A DNA stretch of 64,000 nucleotides, taken from a bacterium. Lineage in GTDB: Bacteria; UBA8248. Position 1 is the first letter of the stretch, and every line of letters starts with the position of its first letter. Both the position numbers and the translations under genes were made by a program. This document shows positions 9,540 to 20,924 of this stretch, piece by piece. A model generated the notes under the pieces. The model did no database searches and was not told where the DNA came from. It worked only from the letters and a program-made list of their open reading frames with translations. Location: contig OZ242260.1 in the NCBI GenBank assembly GCA_965207065.1, forward strand, positions 1,472,001 through 1,536,000, read 5' to 3'.

Positions 9540-10750
9540 CGGGCGCCTCCCTGTAGCGGCCATGGCCTGGCGAGCGGACGCAGGGCCTCGACGTCGTAGC
9601 GGGCGTAAATCGTGGTCGTGGCGCGTCTGCGGTGCCGAAGGACGTCGCCGATATCGTCGAGCGACGCGCCCCGGTCCAGCATGTCGACGGCGAGCGAGTG
9701 GCGCAGCAGGTGGCCTCGGACCTCGCCCCTGGGCGGGCGCAGCTCCGTTTTCTCGAAGGCCTGGCGGAGAATGCGCCGGACGACCAGGGATGAGCCGAAC
9801 GGCCGGTAAGGGGCCTTGGCGGTGACGAACAGGTGGCGCGCGCCGCCCGCGCGCGCGCCCTGAAGATAGCCGGCGATCGCCTCTCCCACGTCCACGGGAA
9901 TCGGCATGCACTCATGCTGTTCGCCCTTGCCGCGGACCAGTATCTCTCCGGCCCGCCAGTCGATGTCCTCGAGCCGGATCGCAATCACCTCCTGCGCGCG
10001 AAGGCCGAGCCGGGCCATCAGCAGCACGATGGCGTAGTCGCGGCGGCCGGTCCCGGCGCGGCCGCGGACTGCGTCGATGAGGCGCCGGACCTCACCGGGT
10101 TCCAGATGGCGCGCCAGGGCGCCGGCGCGCGGCCCGGAGACCCTCGGAACGCAACTTCTCAGGTCGCGCCGGATACTGCCCGTTGCGAACAGGAAGCCGA
10201 ACATGCTGCGCAGGCACATCGCCTTGTAGACGCGGTTCGTCCTGCCGGTTGCCGGATCGGGCGAATCGAGGAAAGCCGCGACGTCGTCGCGCGTGATGGC
10301 GTTCAAGTCACCGGGTTGCGTACCGAACCGGAAGGTCAGGAATCGCCTCAGCACATTCTGGCGAATCGAGACGGTCTTCGGGGCGAGTCCGCGTTGCCGG
10401 CGAAGCCAGTCTCCGTACGCCAGGCTCAGTTCATCGAGCGGCCCGGGTTCCCGTGGCGCCGTTTGACGGGGCGCCGCCGCCACGCCGGCATCGATCAGAT
10501 GCCCGATGAACCGCGCGATGAGTCGCTCCCGCTGCCGTGTCACGGCAAGTTCAACGCAGACGTCCACGGAAGCGGGGTCGCGATCATGGACCCGTGCGCA
10601 GAACCAGTCGACGGCGCACCGGTAATCATCGACCGTCTTGGCGGCGTAACCGAGGCTGCGTAACTCTGCCAGGAACGCGTCGCGATGAGGCGCCAGCCGG
10701 CCGGGGCCGCCCGGCGCCGAAGATGTTTCACGATTGAGGCTGGAAGACAT
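9536..10750 (-). CDS. RIT tyrosine recombinase A
   Basis: RLGLRAQEV, GKG, HLLRH, LRH and YA motifs. Confidence 0.9.
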   Translation of the reverse strand: MSSSLNRETSSAPGGPGRLAPHRDAFLAELRSLGYAAKTVDDYRCAVDWFCARVHDRDPASVDVCVELAVTRQRERLIARFIGHLIDAGVAAAPRQTAPREPGPLDELSLAYGDWLRRQRGLAPKTVSIRQNVLRRFLTFRFGTQPGDLNAITRDDVAAFLDSPDPATGRTNRVYKAMCLRSMFGFLFATGSIRRDLRSCVPRVSGPRAGALARHLEPGEVRRLIDAVRGRAGTGRRDYAIVLLMARLGLRAQEVIAIRLEDIDWRAGEILVRGKGEQHECMPIPVDVGEAIAGYLQGARAGGARHLFVTAKAPYRPFGSSLVVRRILRQAFEKTELRPPRGEVRGHLLRHSLAVDMLDRGASLDDIGDVLRHRRRATTTIYARYDVEALRPLARPWPLQGGAR

Positions 10751-11008
10751 GTGCCGCTCCTTTCCCTGTAAGGTGGATGGAGCGAACGAGCATCGGCCAA
10801 TCCGGCGTCCGCTTCCAGATCGTCGATTGGGAAATCGCCCGGGTATCGCCGTGCGAGCGAACTCTCCGCGTGCTAAAAACAGGTTCAGGGATGCTCCCGA
10901 TTATGCCGACAAAGCGAGAGCGCAAGTGAGCGGAATCAAGGGGTTCGAAGACGAACGCGGCATAATCCGGTTAGCGGCATTAATGGCATTATGCCGATAT
11001 CGGCATAA

Positions 11009-11273
11009 CGCCAGGGAACGGGCGATCCGCGGGCCGGCCATCGGGCGCCGATTGAGCTTCGGTTCCAACAGCGAGGACGGCGCGAAGTTCACCGCCACCA
11101 TGTACTCCGTCATCGGCACGCTCTCGATGAACGGCATCGACGTGCCGCGCTGGCTGGAGGCATGGTTGGACGCCTGCGCGAAGAATGGCGGCAAACCGCC
11201 GGACGACCTGTCCCCTTGGCTGCCCTGGACGATGAGCGACGCGCGCAGGCGCAAGTTCACGGCGCAGGAATGA
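11009..11273 (+). pseudogene. IS66 transposase 3' fragment cut by the RIT (diverged second copy)
   Basis: NARERAIRGPAIGRRLSFGS...MYSVIGTL. Confidence 0.8.
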
Positions 11274-12151
11274 CCGGCGCCATCGAGTGCCGGTACCACG
11301 GGCGCGACTTCACCACCGATGAGATGGCGCTGCTGCGCGCCCTGATCGCCGCCGATCCACAGCCGACCCGCGCCGCCCTGTCCAGAGAGTTCTGCCGGCG
11401 TATCGGCTGGCTCAAGCCCGACGGCGGCCTCAAGGACATGATGGCCAAGGTGACCATGCTCGCCATGCACCGCGACGGCGTGATCGCCCTGCCGCCGCCG
11501 AGGGGCAGGCAGGGCCGGCCCAAGCCCATCGTCTTCGGGCCTGACACCGAGCAGCCGCTGTTCCCCGCGCCGAGGACACTCGACGAGGTTCGCCCGCTCG
11601 ACTTCCGCACCGTCGTGCGCAATACCCGGGAAGGCAGGCTCTGGAACGAGTTCGTCGCCCGCTACCACTACCTCGGCTACAAACGCCTGGTCGGCGCCCA
11701 GATGCGCTACGCCGTCCATGACCGAAACGGCTGGCCCGTCGCCATGCTCGGCTTCTCCACCGCCGCATGGAAGCTCGCCCCGCGCGACCGCTTCATCGGA
11801 TGGACGCCCGAGATGCGCGAGAAGAATCTGCTGCTGGTGGTGGACAACCCGCGCTTCCTGATCCTGCCATGGATCAAGATCCCCAACCTCGGCTCCCACC
11901 TCCTCGCCATCGTGCGCCGTCGCCTGCCCCGCGACTGGACCGCGCGCTAAAACGTCACCCCGGTGATCATCGAGACTTTCGTCGAGACCCCGCGCTACAC
12001 CGGCGCGGTCTACCGCGCCTCGGGCTGGACCCGCGTCGGGACCACCCAGGGGCGCGGGCGCTACGACACCCACATGAAGCGGGCGGAGCCCAGGAAGGAC
12101 ATCTGGCTGCGGCCGCTGAGACGAGACTGGAAGCGAACGCTCAATCGCTGA
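11270..12151 (+). pseudogene. DUF4338 protein, second copy with an internal TAA at 11948-11950
   Basis: Paralogue of 6355-7227; followed by an IS66-type end finishing CATTAC at 12186. Confidence 0.85.
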
Positions 12152-12186
12152 AATCACCATCCATCACCTGAGAACGGAAGCATTAC

Positions 12187-13604
12187 CCTCCTCGCCATGG
12201 CCACACCGCTCATGGGCCGCGACCACCACGTCACGTGCGTGCATCGTCTTCAGCCCGTTCGCCTTCTCGATCGGCAACGCATCGGGGGCGGGGAAGTTGG
12301 TCATTTAGGCCCGGATCGCGTAGGCGGGCCTGCCGTTTGCGGCCGCGAGTTCTCCCTCACCCAGGCCCAGCGACCCGGGGATGACGCGCCGGGTCACCAC
12401 GTAGCGGATCACGTGATGCGGCAGCGAGCGGCGACACTCCGACGAGACGTAGGGAAGCTCGGCGCATTCGAGTTTCGGCTTGTCCGGCCCCGCCGCACCG
12501 ACCCCCGTCTCGGCCGGCGCCGCCACCGGCTGCCAGGCATCGTCCGTGAGCCGCGCCACCTCCGCCATCAGCTGCGCCGAGCGTGTCGCGCCGCAGATCA
12601 GCCCGATGGTCCCGAACCGACGGGTCCCCTCGCTACGGAAGCCAGGGTCGTTGCAGGTGCGGATCACGTCGTCCTGATAGCCCGCCCCGTCGGTGCGCAG
12701 CGTGACCCGGCGGACATCCCCGGGCGGCTGCAACAGGGTCTCCCGGAGTGCGCGCTCGTTGTCGAGCTTCGCCGGCACGTTGCCGTCACGGCTCTCCAGC
12801 CACGGCACCATCCCGATCTCGGGACAGAAGGCGACCAGCGGGTGGTAGCCCCGCTCGCCCGGAACCAGACCCTCCGCCGCGCGGTAGGTATACAGGCACT
12901 CGCGCTTGCCGGACGCGATGATCGTCGCATCGAGGTCGATGGTCAGCGCGACCGCGCCCGCCTCGCGCACCCCTTCCGCCATTAGACGCCGGCCCACCTC
13001 GCGGAACAGTTCGTGGCGCTCGGTGTGCGCCGGGATGAAGGCCGTGCCCTTCTCGCGCTCGACGTCATGCACCCCCGCGATATGGAACCGGTCGAGCCAG
13101 TCGCGCAGCGAGCGCGCCGAGGGAAAGCAGCGCTCGCGTCCGCCCCGGAACCGCCTGGCGATGGCGCGCCGCGACAGCCCCAGCAGCTTCGGCTCGAAGC
13201 GACCGAGCATCGCGCAAAGCCCCGCATCGACCTCCAGATGCTCGATGTCCGACACCCGGTCGAACCCGGTGACGTTGAGAACCAGTACCGCGAGGATCAT
13301 CTGCGCGTCGCTCCAGCCTTGCGCCGGGCTGCCGCCTGTGCATGGGAGGCCAATCAGGATGCGCTTCGCCGCCAGCACTTCGAACAGCAACACCAGCCCG
13401 CCGCGTGCCGTCGCGGCCGCGCCCTCCCGAGACACTTCGAGCTTGCTCGGAGAGCGATAAGGCTGTACCATGGTCTTCACTCGGCTGGTGACGCCCCAAG
13501 GGGCGGGTTAGAGGCACTAACCCATCGTAAGCAATGGCCCAGCCGGGCACTCACCCTTTTCTGCTCGCCGATCGGGGCTTCGGTTGGTATATGTTAAAGA
13601 TGGG
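12187..13604 (-). mobile_element. IS1380-family element, truncated at the 3' end (transposase ~13471 to 12305)
   Basis: TARGGLVL, LTIDLDAT, RGYHPL, RDGNVPA and LRTDGAGY motifs; element end at GGG|CTAA. Confidence 0.8.
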
Positions 13605-13625
13605 CTAACCACGGGAGAAAGACGC

Positions 13626-14528
13626 ATGGCATACCTAAATGGACAATCGGGGCGAGCCGCGATGCAGGCGGTTGTCGCCGCGTCCGCCCTGTTAATTCTT
13701 GCTTCCTGCGGAGGCGGTGGTGGGGACAGAAACAGCGGCCCTGCTTCCTTTCCAACTTCCAGCAGCATCCAAGTTCTGACCAACTCGCAACCTCCGCAAG
13801 AAACACCGGCCGATGTTTCGTCAAGGCTGGCGGAGGTTATTTCCCGAATGGACTCCTTGTTCGCCTCAACATGGTTCGAACAACCACGTGAACCGTCTGC
13901 TTCAACGCTCAGTGTCCCATCATCATGTGACGGGACAACATGCAGGTTTGAGCCACAAACCGGGGGTTCGGTCACTTACGACCAGAACAATATCGAGTAC
14001 GACCCCACGACGAACAAAACCGTTCTCAGCAAGCATGGAATTACCATTACTAGGGCCGGGGCAAGTTACGGATCCTTGATGAACCACAGCCTGTTTTCAA
14101 TTTTAAGCGATGATAATGGGGAAGCCAATGCCTTGCGCCGTTTCTCTTATGCTGGCGGGGACCTGACGGGATCACGGCCAAGCGCATCCGCCACTTGGCA
14201 CGGAATCATGGTAGGAGTTCCGATTGCCGCTCCCGGGCGCAACGATTTCCTGCAAGGGGACGCAATCCTAACCTACGACTTCTCGGGAAGTTCTCTTGAT
14301 GCGTCGTTCACCAACATCAAGGACATCACGAGGAATCGTGATCACTCTGTCCCCAGCGTCCGGTTCCCTGATGTTCCTGTAGCTTCGAGCGGGACATTTC
14401 AGTTTCAGGACGGGACAAAGGGGAACCGCATTCAGGGTGGGTTTTACGGCCCCGGACATACCGAGACGGCGGGCACCTTCGAGCGGTCGGGCATCGTCGG
14501 TTCTTTCGGAGCCAAACATCGGCCCTAA
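13626..14528 (+). CDS. Surface lipoprotein with a TbpB-like C-terminal beta-barrel
   Basis: Lipobox LASC plus poly-Gly; SATWHG...IQGGFYGP...AGTF...VGSFGA C-terminus. Confidence 0.75.
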   Translation: MAYLNGQSGRAAMQAVVAASALLILASCGGGGGDRNSGPASFPTSSSIQVLTNSQPPQETPADVSSRLAEVISRMDSLFASTWFEQPREPSASTLSVPSSCDGTTCRFEPQTGGSVTYDQNNIEYDPTTNKTVLSKHGITITRAGASYGSLMNHSLFSILSDDNGEANALRRFSYAGGDLTGSRPSASATWHGIMVGVPIAAPGRNDFLQGDAILTYDFSGSSLDASFTNIKDITRNRDHSVPSVRFPDVPVASSGTFQFQDGTKGNRIQGGFYGPGHTETAGTFERSGIVGSFGAKHRP

Positions 14529-14599
14529 ACCAACATAGATCTCCTATGAGGCGCGCAGAACTGGCGTTATCGCTCTGCATATGTTCCCTCTATAGGAGA

Positions 14600-14763
14600 T
14601 ACGGATATCGAGGCCACCTTCCGCAGCCTCTAATCCGAGTTCGGCCTTCGCCCGATCTGGCACCAGTTCGACCGTCGCATCGCGGCCCACCTGCTGATCG
14701 CCGTGCTGGCCTATCACGCCGTGCATCTGATCCGCACCCGGCTGGCCGCGCGGGGCATCCACA
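14600..14763 (+). pseudogene. IS1634-like transposase fragment
   Basis: IEATFRSL*SEFGLRPIWHQFDRRIAAHLLIAVLAY. Confidence 0.7.
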
Positions 14764-14791
14764 GTGTTCCCCGCCCGCGCGGGGATGAACC
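14764..14791 (+). CRISPR. Solitary type I-E CRISPR repeat (no array or cas genes in the window)
   Basis: GTGTTCCCCGCCCGCGCGGGGATGAACC has the I-E ends and the CCCCGC/GCGGGG hairpin. Confidence 0.75.
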
Positions 14792-14910
14792 TAGTTGAAG
14801 CCCCATGGCAAAACTCGCTAAGTCCTTATCGAATAACTGATAAGCTGATCTATTCATCGTTTAGAGGGTTTGGATTCTGAAGTTCGTAAGACTGTAATTA
14901 CAAGCTCGAC

Positions 14911-15813
14911 TCAGATTGTCGAGAGTGTGTCTCGAAGCTTTGTCCACAGTTGGCGTTCTTGCTGATAGCGGTCCCCCGCCAATTCCAACTCATCAGGGGA
15001 CAGCTCCTTCAAGAATGCGAAACCCCGCGCGCAATCGGCAGTGATTTGTTCCTGCTCGATCGTCTGTGTTTTCCGGACCAGTTGCCTGAGGTCGTCCCAA
15101 TCGAAGGCATCGGCCTCCTGAAATTTCGCCATGAGTGCGTCCGGGTCGAAGACGTCTCCTGCCTGCCAGAGCTTGAGCACGACGAGCCGACGAATTAGCG
15201 GTTTATCGAGCGGCCGGGTCGCAAACATAGCGAGGTCGTAAATGTCACGTGCCTTGTTTCGCTGGAAGCAAGCACGAAGCTTCTCGGCGATAATTTCGGG
15301 CAGTGCCAAGCATGTGATGTCGACTGGGTCGAAGGGTAAGTGTCGGAAGTAACTCTGTGAGCATTGCGATTTCCGTGACAAGGAAAGACTGGGTATCTCC
15401 CGCTGGCTGATCTGAATCCTGATCTCGCTTTCTCCGCCTGGATTCCATTCGTGTGCGTAAACCGGATTGACACCCCATGACAAACCATCCTGCGTTTCGT
15501 AGTAGCTGCCATCCGAAATGCTGAACTGGATTCCGTGAAACGGATGCTCGAACGCTTCCATTATGGCAAGGATGACGTCTTCGTGATCGTGCTCTTCGGT
15601 CCCCGTAAAATCAAGATCGGTCGAAAATCGCCCTCCACTTCCGATGAACATCTTGCGCAGGCAGGTGCCACCTTTGAAGGCGAGCCTTTCTAGAATTCCG
15701 TGCTCTGCCATCAGCTGGAGCATGTAGGTGAGCACGACTTCGATTTCTGCGATCATGATGTTGCGCAGCCCGGCTTCTGCGGAGTAGCGCTGGACCTGTG
15801 GACGGGTAAGCAT
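14911..15813 (-). CDS. abiEii: AbiEii-family nucleotidyltransferase toxin (type IV TA)
   Basis: FKGGTCLRK, RFSTDLDF, AEKLRA and ARDIYDL motifs. Confidence 0.9.
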   Translation of the reverse strand: MLTRPQVQRYSAEAGLRNIMIAEIEVVLTYMLQLMAEHGILERLAFKGGTCLRKMFIGSGGRFSTDLDFTGTEEHDHEDVILAIMEAFEHPFHGIQFSISDGSYYETQDGLSWGVNPVYAHEWNPGGESEIRIQISQREIPSLSLSRKSQCSQSYFRHLPFDPVDITCLALPEIIAEKLRACFQRNKARDIYDLAMFATRPLDKPLIRRLVVLKLWQAGDVFDPDALMAKFQEADAFDWDDLRQLVRKTQTIEQEQITADCARGFAFLKELSPDELELAGDRYQQERQLWTKLRDTLSTI

Positions 15814-15816
15814 GGC

Positions 15817-16674
15817 TCAACTTACCCGGTCGACCGTGTGCCGCCGTGCGAGACTGGCACTCTCGCGCAGTTCCTCTATCCCGACGTTGACGTTGAGCTG
15901 CCAGGCGTCCTGATAGCCGATGGCGCTGGGTTTGGGGTTTCTCGGGCCGAGGAATGCCTTGCTGTTTCCTTTCGATAAATCGAGAAGATGTGCGTAGACG
16001 TCGTTAGGGACGGTGGCACCGGCATGATCGGCCAGCCATCCGAAACGTCGCGTGAGGGTGCGGGAGGCAATCCGTTCCAGATAGTTGGTCGCCCTGTACC
16101 AGTCGATGCGACGGCATGCTGTTGCGAGAATAGTCGCGGCCTCTCCCTCACCGCCGGCGAGGTCTGGGCGGTCGATGCAGTCGATGACGGTCTTCTCCCG
16201 GTCCGACATCATGACCGTGTAACCCAGCACCTCGACTGGCCCGAACCCGAAGAATTTGCATTGGACCGGATTGATGATACGGACATCGGTATCGAGCACA
16301 CGCCGGTTGCGCGTACGCACTGGTGTGACGAGCTGAACTACATGGCGGTGCTGTGTTGTGAACCCGTAGTGCGTCGCGGCCGTGCCGTAGCCGAAGTAAT
16401 AGGGGTCGGCGATGCGGCTGGCGAGTGCCAATACATTGCTTTCCCCTAGGGCGTCTGGGCCCATTTCAGGAGGTATGAGCAGATACCGGCCCCAACTCGC
16501 GCGTTCCAGCCAACCCTTCCGGCGCAGCGCCCGGATCACATGATCCGCAGCTTGCGGGCTGACGCCCAGCATGTCGATGATCTCCTGGCGCTCCACTTCC
16601 TTGCTGCCGTGCTCTGCCAGACTGAGGACGACACGGCTTTCCTGGGGCGATAACGACCGAGTATTGAACGCCAT
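15817..16674 (-). CDS. abiEi: AbiEi-family antitoxin / transcriptional regulator
   Basis: N-terminal wHTH (LRRKGWLER..GRY), SDREKTVIDC; directly upstream of AbiEii. Confidence 0.88.
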   Translation of the reverse strand: MAFNTRSLSPQESRVVLSLAEHGSKEVERQEIIDMLGVSPQAADHVIRALRRKGWLERASWGRYLLIPPEMGPDALGESNVLALASRIADPYYFGYGTAATHYGFTTQHRHVVQLVTPVRTRNRRVLDTDVRIINPVQCKFFGFGPVEVLGYTVMMSDREKTVIDCIDRPDLAGGEGEAATILATACRRIDWYRATNYLERIASRTLTRRFGWLADHAGATVPNDVYAHLLDLSKGNSKAFLGPRNPKPSAIGYQDAWQLNVNVGIEELRESASLARRHTVDRVS

Positions 16675-16748
16675 AGTTCCATCCAATGCGAAACATCATC
16701 AAAACTGCGTTTTCGCGAAAAAAGTATCATGCACCAGAATAACAATCA

Positions 16749-16801
16749 ATATAATATGTAACAAAACAAAGATATTATTCATGTTTTGTTACATATTATA
16801 T
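16749..16801. promoter_or_regulatory. Inverted-repeat operator upstream of abiE
   Basis: Perfect 20-bp arms ATATAATATGTAACAAAACA and TGTTTTGTTACATATTATAT with a 13-bp spacer. Confidence 0.75.
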
Positions 16802-16929
16802 CATCGCTCACGGTCGGCACCCAAGACACTCCGGCATACTCCGCAAATTCGAGAATGGGCAAATACGTCGGCGGAAGACCGCCATCCCCTAGAGCAATGT
16901 CCCGCACCAGTAAGCATTATCTAATGCCA

Positions 16930-17280
16930 TTTTCGGCATGATGCGTGTCGCTGACGTGCAGCGCTGGTTCGATTCCATGAGCGACACCCCATCAACTCCA
17001 ATCGGACTTTGCCTGTGCTCTAATGATGTGACAGACGGGGCTTTGGGAGTTTCACCCTCAGCGTTCACACCTCAGTAGCAACATGCGCTGCTAAATGGCA
17101 AAGCCGCACGAGCAGTTCATGTCGCCGGACAAGCTGAAGCACTTAGGCTCCATGCTCGCTCACGCTGATGGCAATCAGGCTACAGTAGAACCCCGGCTCT
17201 ACTACTCGCAGAGGTACGGTCCTCGGAAACCACCGGCCTCAGATGGAACTGGATATTCGGCACCAACGTGGTGCTGCCCG
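16930..17280 (+). pseudogene. Degenerate tyrosine integrase remnant
   Basis: Fragments DVQRWFDSMSDTP, NRTLPVL and KPHEQFMSPDKLKHLG across frameshifts. Confidence 0.5.
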
Positions 17281-17388
17281 ATAGCAAGACTGACCGAAGG
17301 CAGACCAGCTTCCACTGCCCGCGCGAGTTACCTCCCCACTGGGAAATCTAGATTCGACGGAGAGATGGGGCGTCTCTAACCCAGGCTA

Positions 17389-20300
17389 TTAGAGTCCCAG
17401 CGTTGCGCAAAGCTCTTTCAGTTTTTCTTTGGGAGATTCGGGAATGTCGGATTCGATGAGCTTGTCGATGAGTTCTTTGCCCTTATACCACGCATGAGGG
17501 GGCGATTCACACCCGCCCAAATGGAGCAACAGCTTCGCAACCACCTCTGGATACCGCCGCCACAAATCGGAGTGGTTGATCTTATGAATTGACAAACCAC
17601 GTTGCATCGGCTCTTTCGGCATACGAACTGCCAAGACAATTGCTTCGGGAAATACGTCGCTCTTCAAATACGGCAGCCAATTAAGCATTTGCTCGATTTC
17701 ACCGACGTTGAGCGGCTTTGGTACACCCTTTAATCGGTTTTGCCAATAGCGCTTGAGCCAGCGTTTCCACAATGCTTGTTGTTTTTCTTCATTCATTCTA
17801 CGAAGAAGTTCGTGTATTCGTGATGCGAAATGACTCTGGTCCTCTTCATCAGAATTATTAAAGAATTCGGGAATCCAGTCCTGGATAGGATCATCGACAT
17901 AGTACACTAGCATGAGGGTATAGGCTTCGATGAAGCTTGCTCGTCGAGGTCCATAAAAAATTTCATTTTTGATCTGCGAAACCGCTTCAAGAAAAGGAGC
18001 CTTCATAAGCTCGGCCACGGGCGGGCTGAGGGACACATACCGAAAACCATCCCATACCGCCTGATAATCACTTATATTGTCATTTGCCATGAATAAAGCC
18101 AGCAAATTTTCTCTTGTCCATTTTTCATCGACTGTCAGCAAAAAGGGAAGTTGACTTACGAGAACAGAGCGCCCCAATCTTCCAGCCAACGATTTCTCTT
18201 GAACGATACGAGACAACGCGTCGAGATACTCACCACGGAGAGCATCAGGCTTAGAGTCTTGCGCTTTTCGCCGCAGAGAAAGACTCCCCAGCCAGAACTG
18301 GGCGAGCACGCCGCCGGGATGAACAATGGCTTGATTGTGCCAATTAGAAGAATTATCGGATGATGCGTCGCGGTCGAGATGTTCCCACAACCTCATGGCA
18401 ACCTCGTGGGCTTTGGGGAGTAACCTAGGCGTATAAGGCGCGCCGCCGCTCCTTACGAGCGTGTAAAGCACATCGGCAACTAAACGAGCGCATTCCTGGT
18501 ACAGTTCACCTCTACTCAGTCGGCAAAGCACTTCGCGGTGCTCGTCCTCAGTCAGTTCGTTCGACCACGAGCGGAGCAAGGGTTCCCAAAGATCGGAATC
18601 CCACACATCCCGCTTGGCTAATTCGTCTACCAAACCGATGCCCCACTCGAAATTCTGATTTGCCGCATCCTCGACAGCACGAACGAGTCCTCTGCGGTCA
18701 GGTCCGTCAAATCTCGACAAATCCGTTTCTTGAAAGGACAATAACTTGTTCACCCATTCCTCGGCTGGCCGAGACAGAAGTTCCTCGGTGCTCCAAGGGC
18801 TTTGAGAGCCAACCGACATCCTATGCCAGGATAATAGATCCGGATGTTCATACGGTTGGAAATCAGGATATTGCTCCGATACATCGTCTAGAGCTTCCTT
18901 GGCAAAAGGACAGTCCTGGTCGGCGCTATGAAGCCAGTGGAGCAGGCGAAAATGATGATAGGCAGTCGATTCCTCTTTGTCCTCGTCCTTTTTTATGGGC
19001 CAATGGAAAGCGTGCACAGCCTTGATAATGGCCTTTCGCCGTTTCGAGTCGGCTTCGGGATATGTTTGTTTCAAAAACACAAACACTTCATGATGCGCGG
19101 GAGTATCGTGCAAATCCATTCGAGTCAGAAACCAGTCGATTTTCTCGTTTGGGGTCAAATCTTCGCGTTTAAGCAATGTATGTACCGCCAATCGACGCAA
19201 AAGCGGCGCATCCAAATTGACGAGTTGGTCGCACCATCGCGCTGCCGCCTCCGGCCGATGTGACACCAGCCATTCCAGACAATCACGCGCCACATTTATC
19301 AGCATACTGATCGGTTCGTAGTATTCATCTTGTTCATGAGGTTCAATGGCGCTGCGGCAAAAACTCGACGGATCATAATCACGTGTCGCCGCCTGCCATG
19401 CGCAAAGCCTGCGGTGTTGCGCCGCCAAGTGTTCGACGACAGGCGCCAATAAAAGCTCTGCCACACGATCTATATTCGGCTTCAACCCCTTTTCCCAAAG
19501 TTCATTTAGCTCATACAAACTATGCGTCGACGACAACTCCACATAGATGGGCGGGTGTTGGTCGTCCGTATTTTCACCAGAAGAGGTAAAACCCGGTTTG
19601 ATTTCAAGATGACTCGTTGCGCAAGCCACGAAGATTTCAATGAGACTATTCACCAACCCCGCCTCAATGCAGCGCTCTCCCAAACATTGCAACAGGTGCT
19701 CGTCAAGATGTGCAGGAGCAGTGAAAAGCAACAACGAAACCCAACGCGATAAGGTATCCGCATCCAGAGGCGGATCATTTTGCAATCCAATCTTCCAGCC
19801 TAATCGAGACCAGAACTCTGGGTGCACACGCATTCCGTGTCGGCCAATCAAGAGAAAAAGTGCATCGGCATTTTCATATACGAATTTCTGCGCCAGCCAC
19901 CATGCCAATAGCTTATCTCGTTCGCAGATTTCACCGACGCAGAAGAGTCCGTCCAGATGCTTGCGCTCATCAAGCCAGTCGACCCATTCAGGTGATGAAG
20001 CGGCTTCGACGAAGAAACGCGTTTTCACTACATCCGACAGGGCTTCTTCAATGAGATCCATTTCTTCCTCGTTAAGGGAAGGCCGCTTCTCCGCTAGGTC
20101 AGTTATCTCGCGCTGCCAGTCCAGGATGCCGCGCGCCGCATAATCGGCAAAACCCTTAACGCCGTTGTAGAGATTTTTTTGTCGGTCGACGGTGGATAGA
20201 TAATCGGCTCGATGCCGAGCAGTCGCCACCGCGCCGCATCGGTCTCATCCGTGAGCGCGAAACGCCCTCCTGTTTCATCCACCGGCAACGCCCGAGCCAG

Positions 20301-20924
20301 ATAATTCATAATCGTATCGTTGTGGCTATAGCCGACGAAGAGAACGGTGAACGAACGGAACAAGTCGAGGAGAAAACGCCGCGCCCATCCCTCAGTCAGA
20401 TATGCGCGACCGAAATCCGCGTCCGTAAGCACCATGTCCACAGGATGGGTGACCGCGCCATGAACGTGAACTATGCCATTAAAGTCATGACCCAGAGGAA
20501 GCGCCGGTGCCCGAAACACTTCGAGCTTAGAGTCGAATATGTCCTCCGCCGCCTGTTCGAACAGCAGGTCGAAGTTAGTGGTGATAACCCGAATCGGTCG
20601 TGGCGCCGAGTAGAGTCTTAGCAGAGCACGATGCAAGTCGGTCGGTTTCGGATCATTTCTGAAAAGTTCTTCTTTCACCCGTTCATGTACGTTAACGCCC
20701 TTTTGCCGGAGTTTACCCAGAAAGCGGTCCTCAGTCTCATGCTCTCCTAGTTTTTCCCCGGTCCCTTGCGCAACTGCCAGTACCAGATCCCTGAAGTTCG
20801 GAAGATTCGCCGGTTCACCCATCGAAACACCCGCGCCCGCAAAGACGACCAAAGTCCCGTCACGCAAGGCGTCCAACAGTGGTCCGGGAAAATCAATGCC
20901 TGAAATCTTCACGCTTGTCTCCAA
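17389..20924 (-). pseudogene. SIR2-domain defence protein (Dsr1-like), split by a frameshift at an A7 run (20174-20180)
   Basis: VFAGAGVS, TTNFD, HVHG and FVGYS..D motifs in 20103-20924; long helical C-terminal region in 17389-20229. Confidence 0.8.

Larger units (their letters stand above)
7497..11008 (-). mobile_element. RIT element 1 (three tyrosine recombinases)
   Basis: ~85-bp terminal inverted repeats with repeated TTATGCCG boxes; palindrome TTATGCCGATATCGGCATAA at both ends (7497-7516, 10989-11008). Confidence 0.9.

Noticed and set aside
10750-10900. Guide RNA for RIT targeting (CCAATC/GATTGG matches the 7517-7522 spacer)
   Set aside because: Only a 6-bp match inside a local hairpin, and RIT 2 shows nothing equivalent; chance cannot be excluded.
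6355-12151. Druantia defence system
   Set aside because: Only DUF4338 genes are present, inside IS66-like ends; no DruE helicase or other partners.
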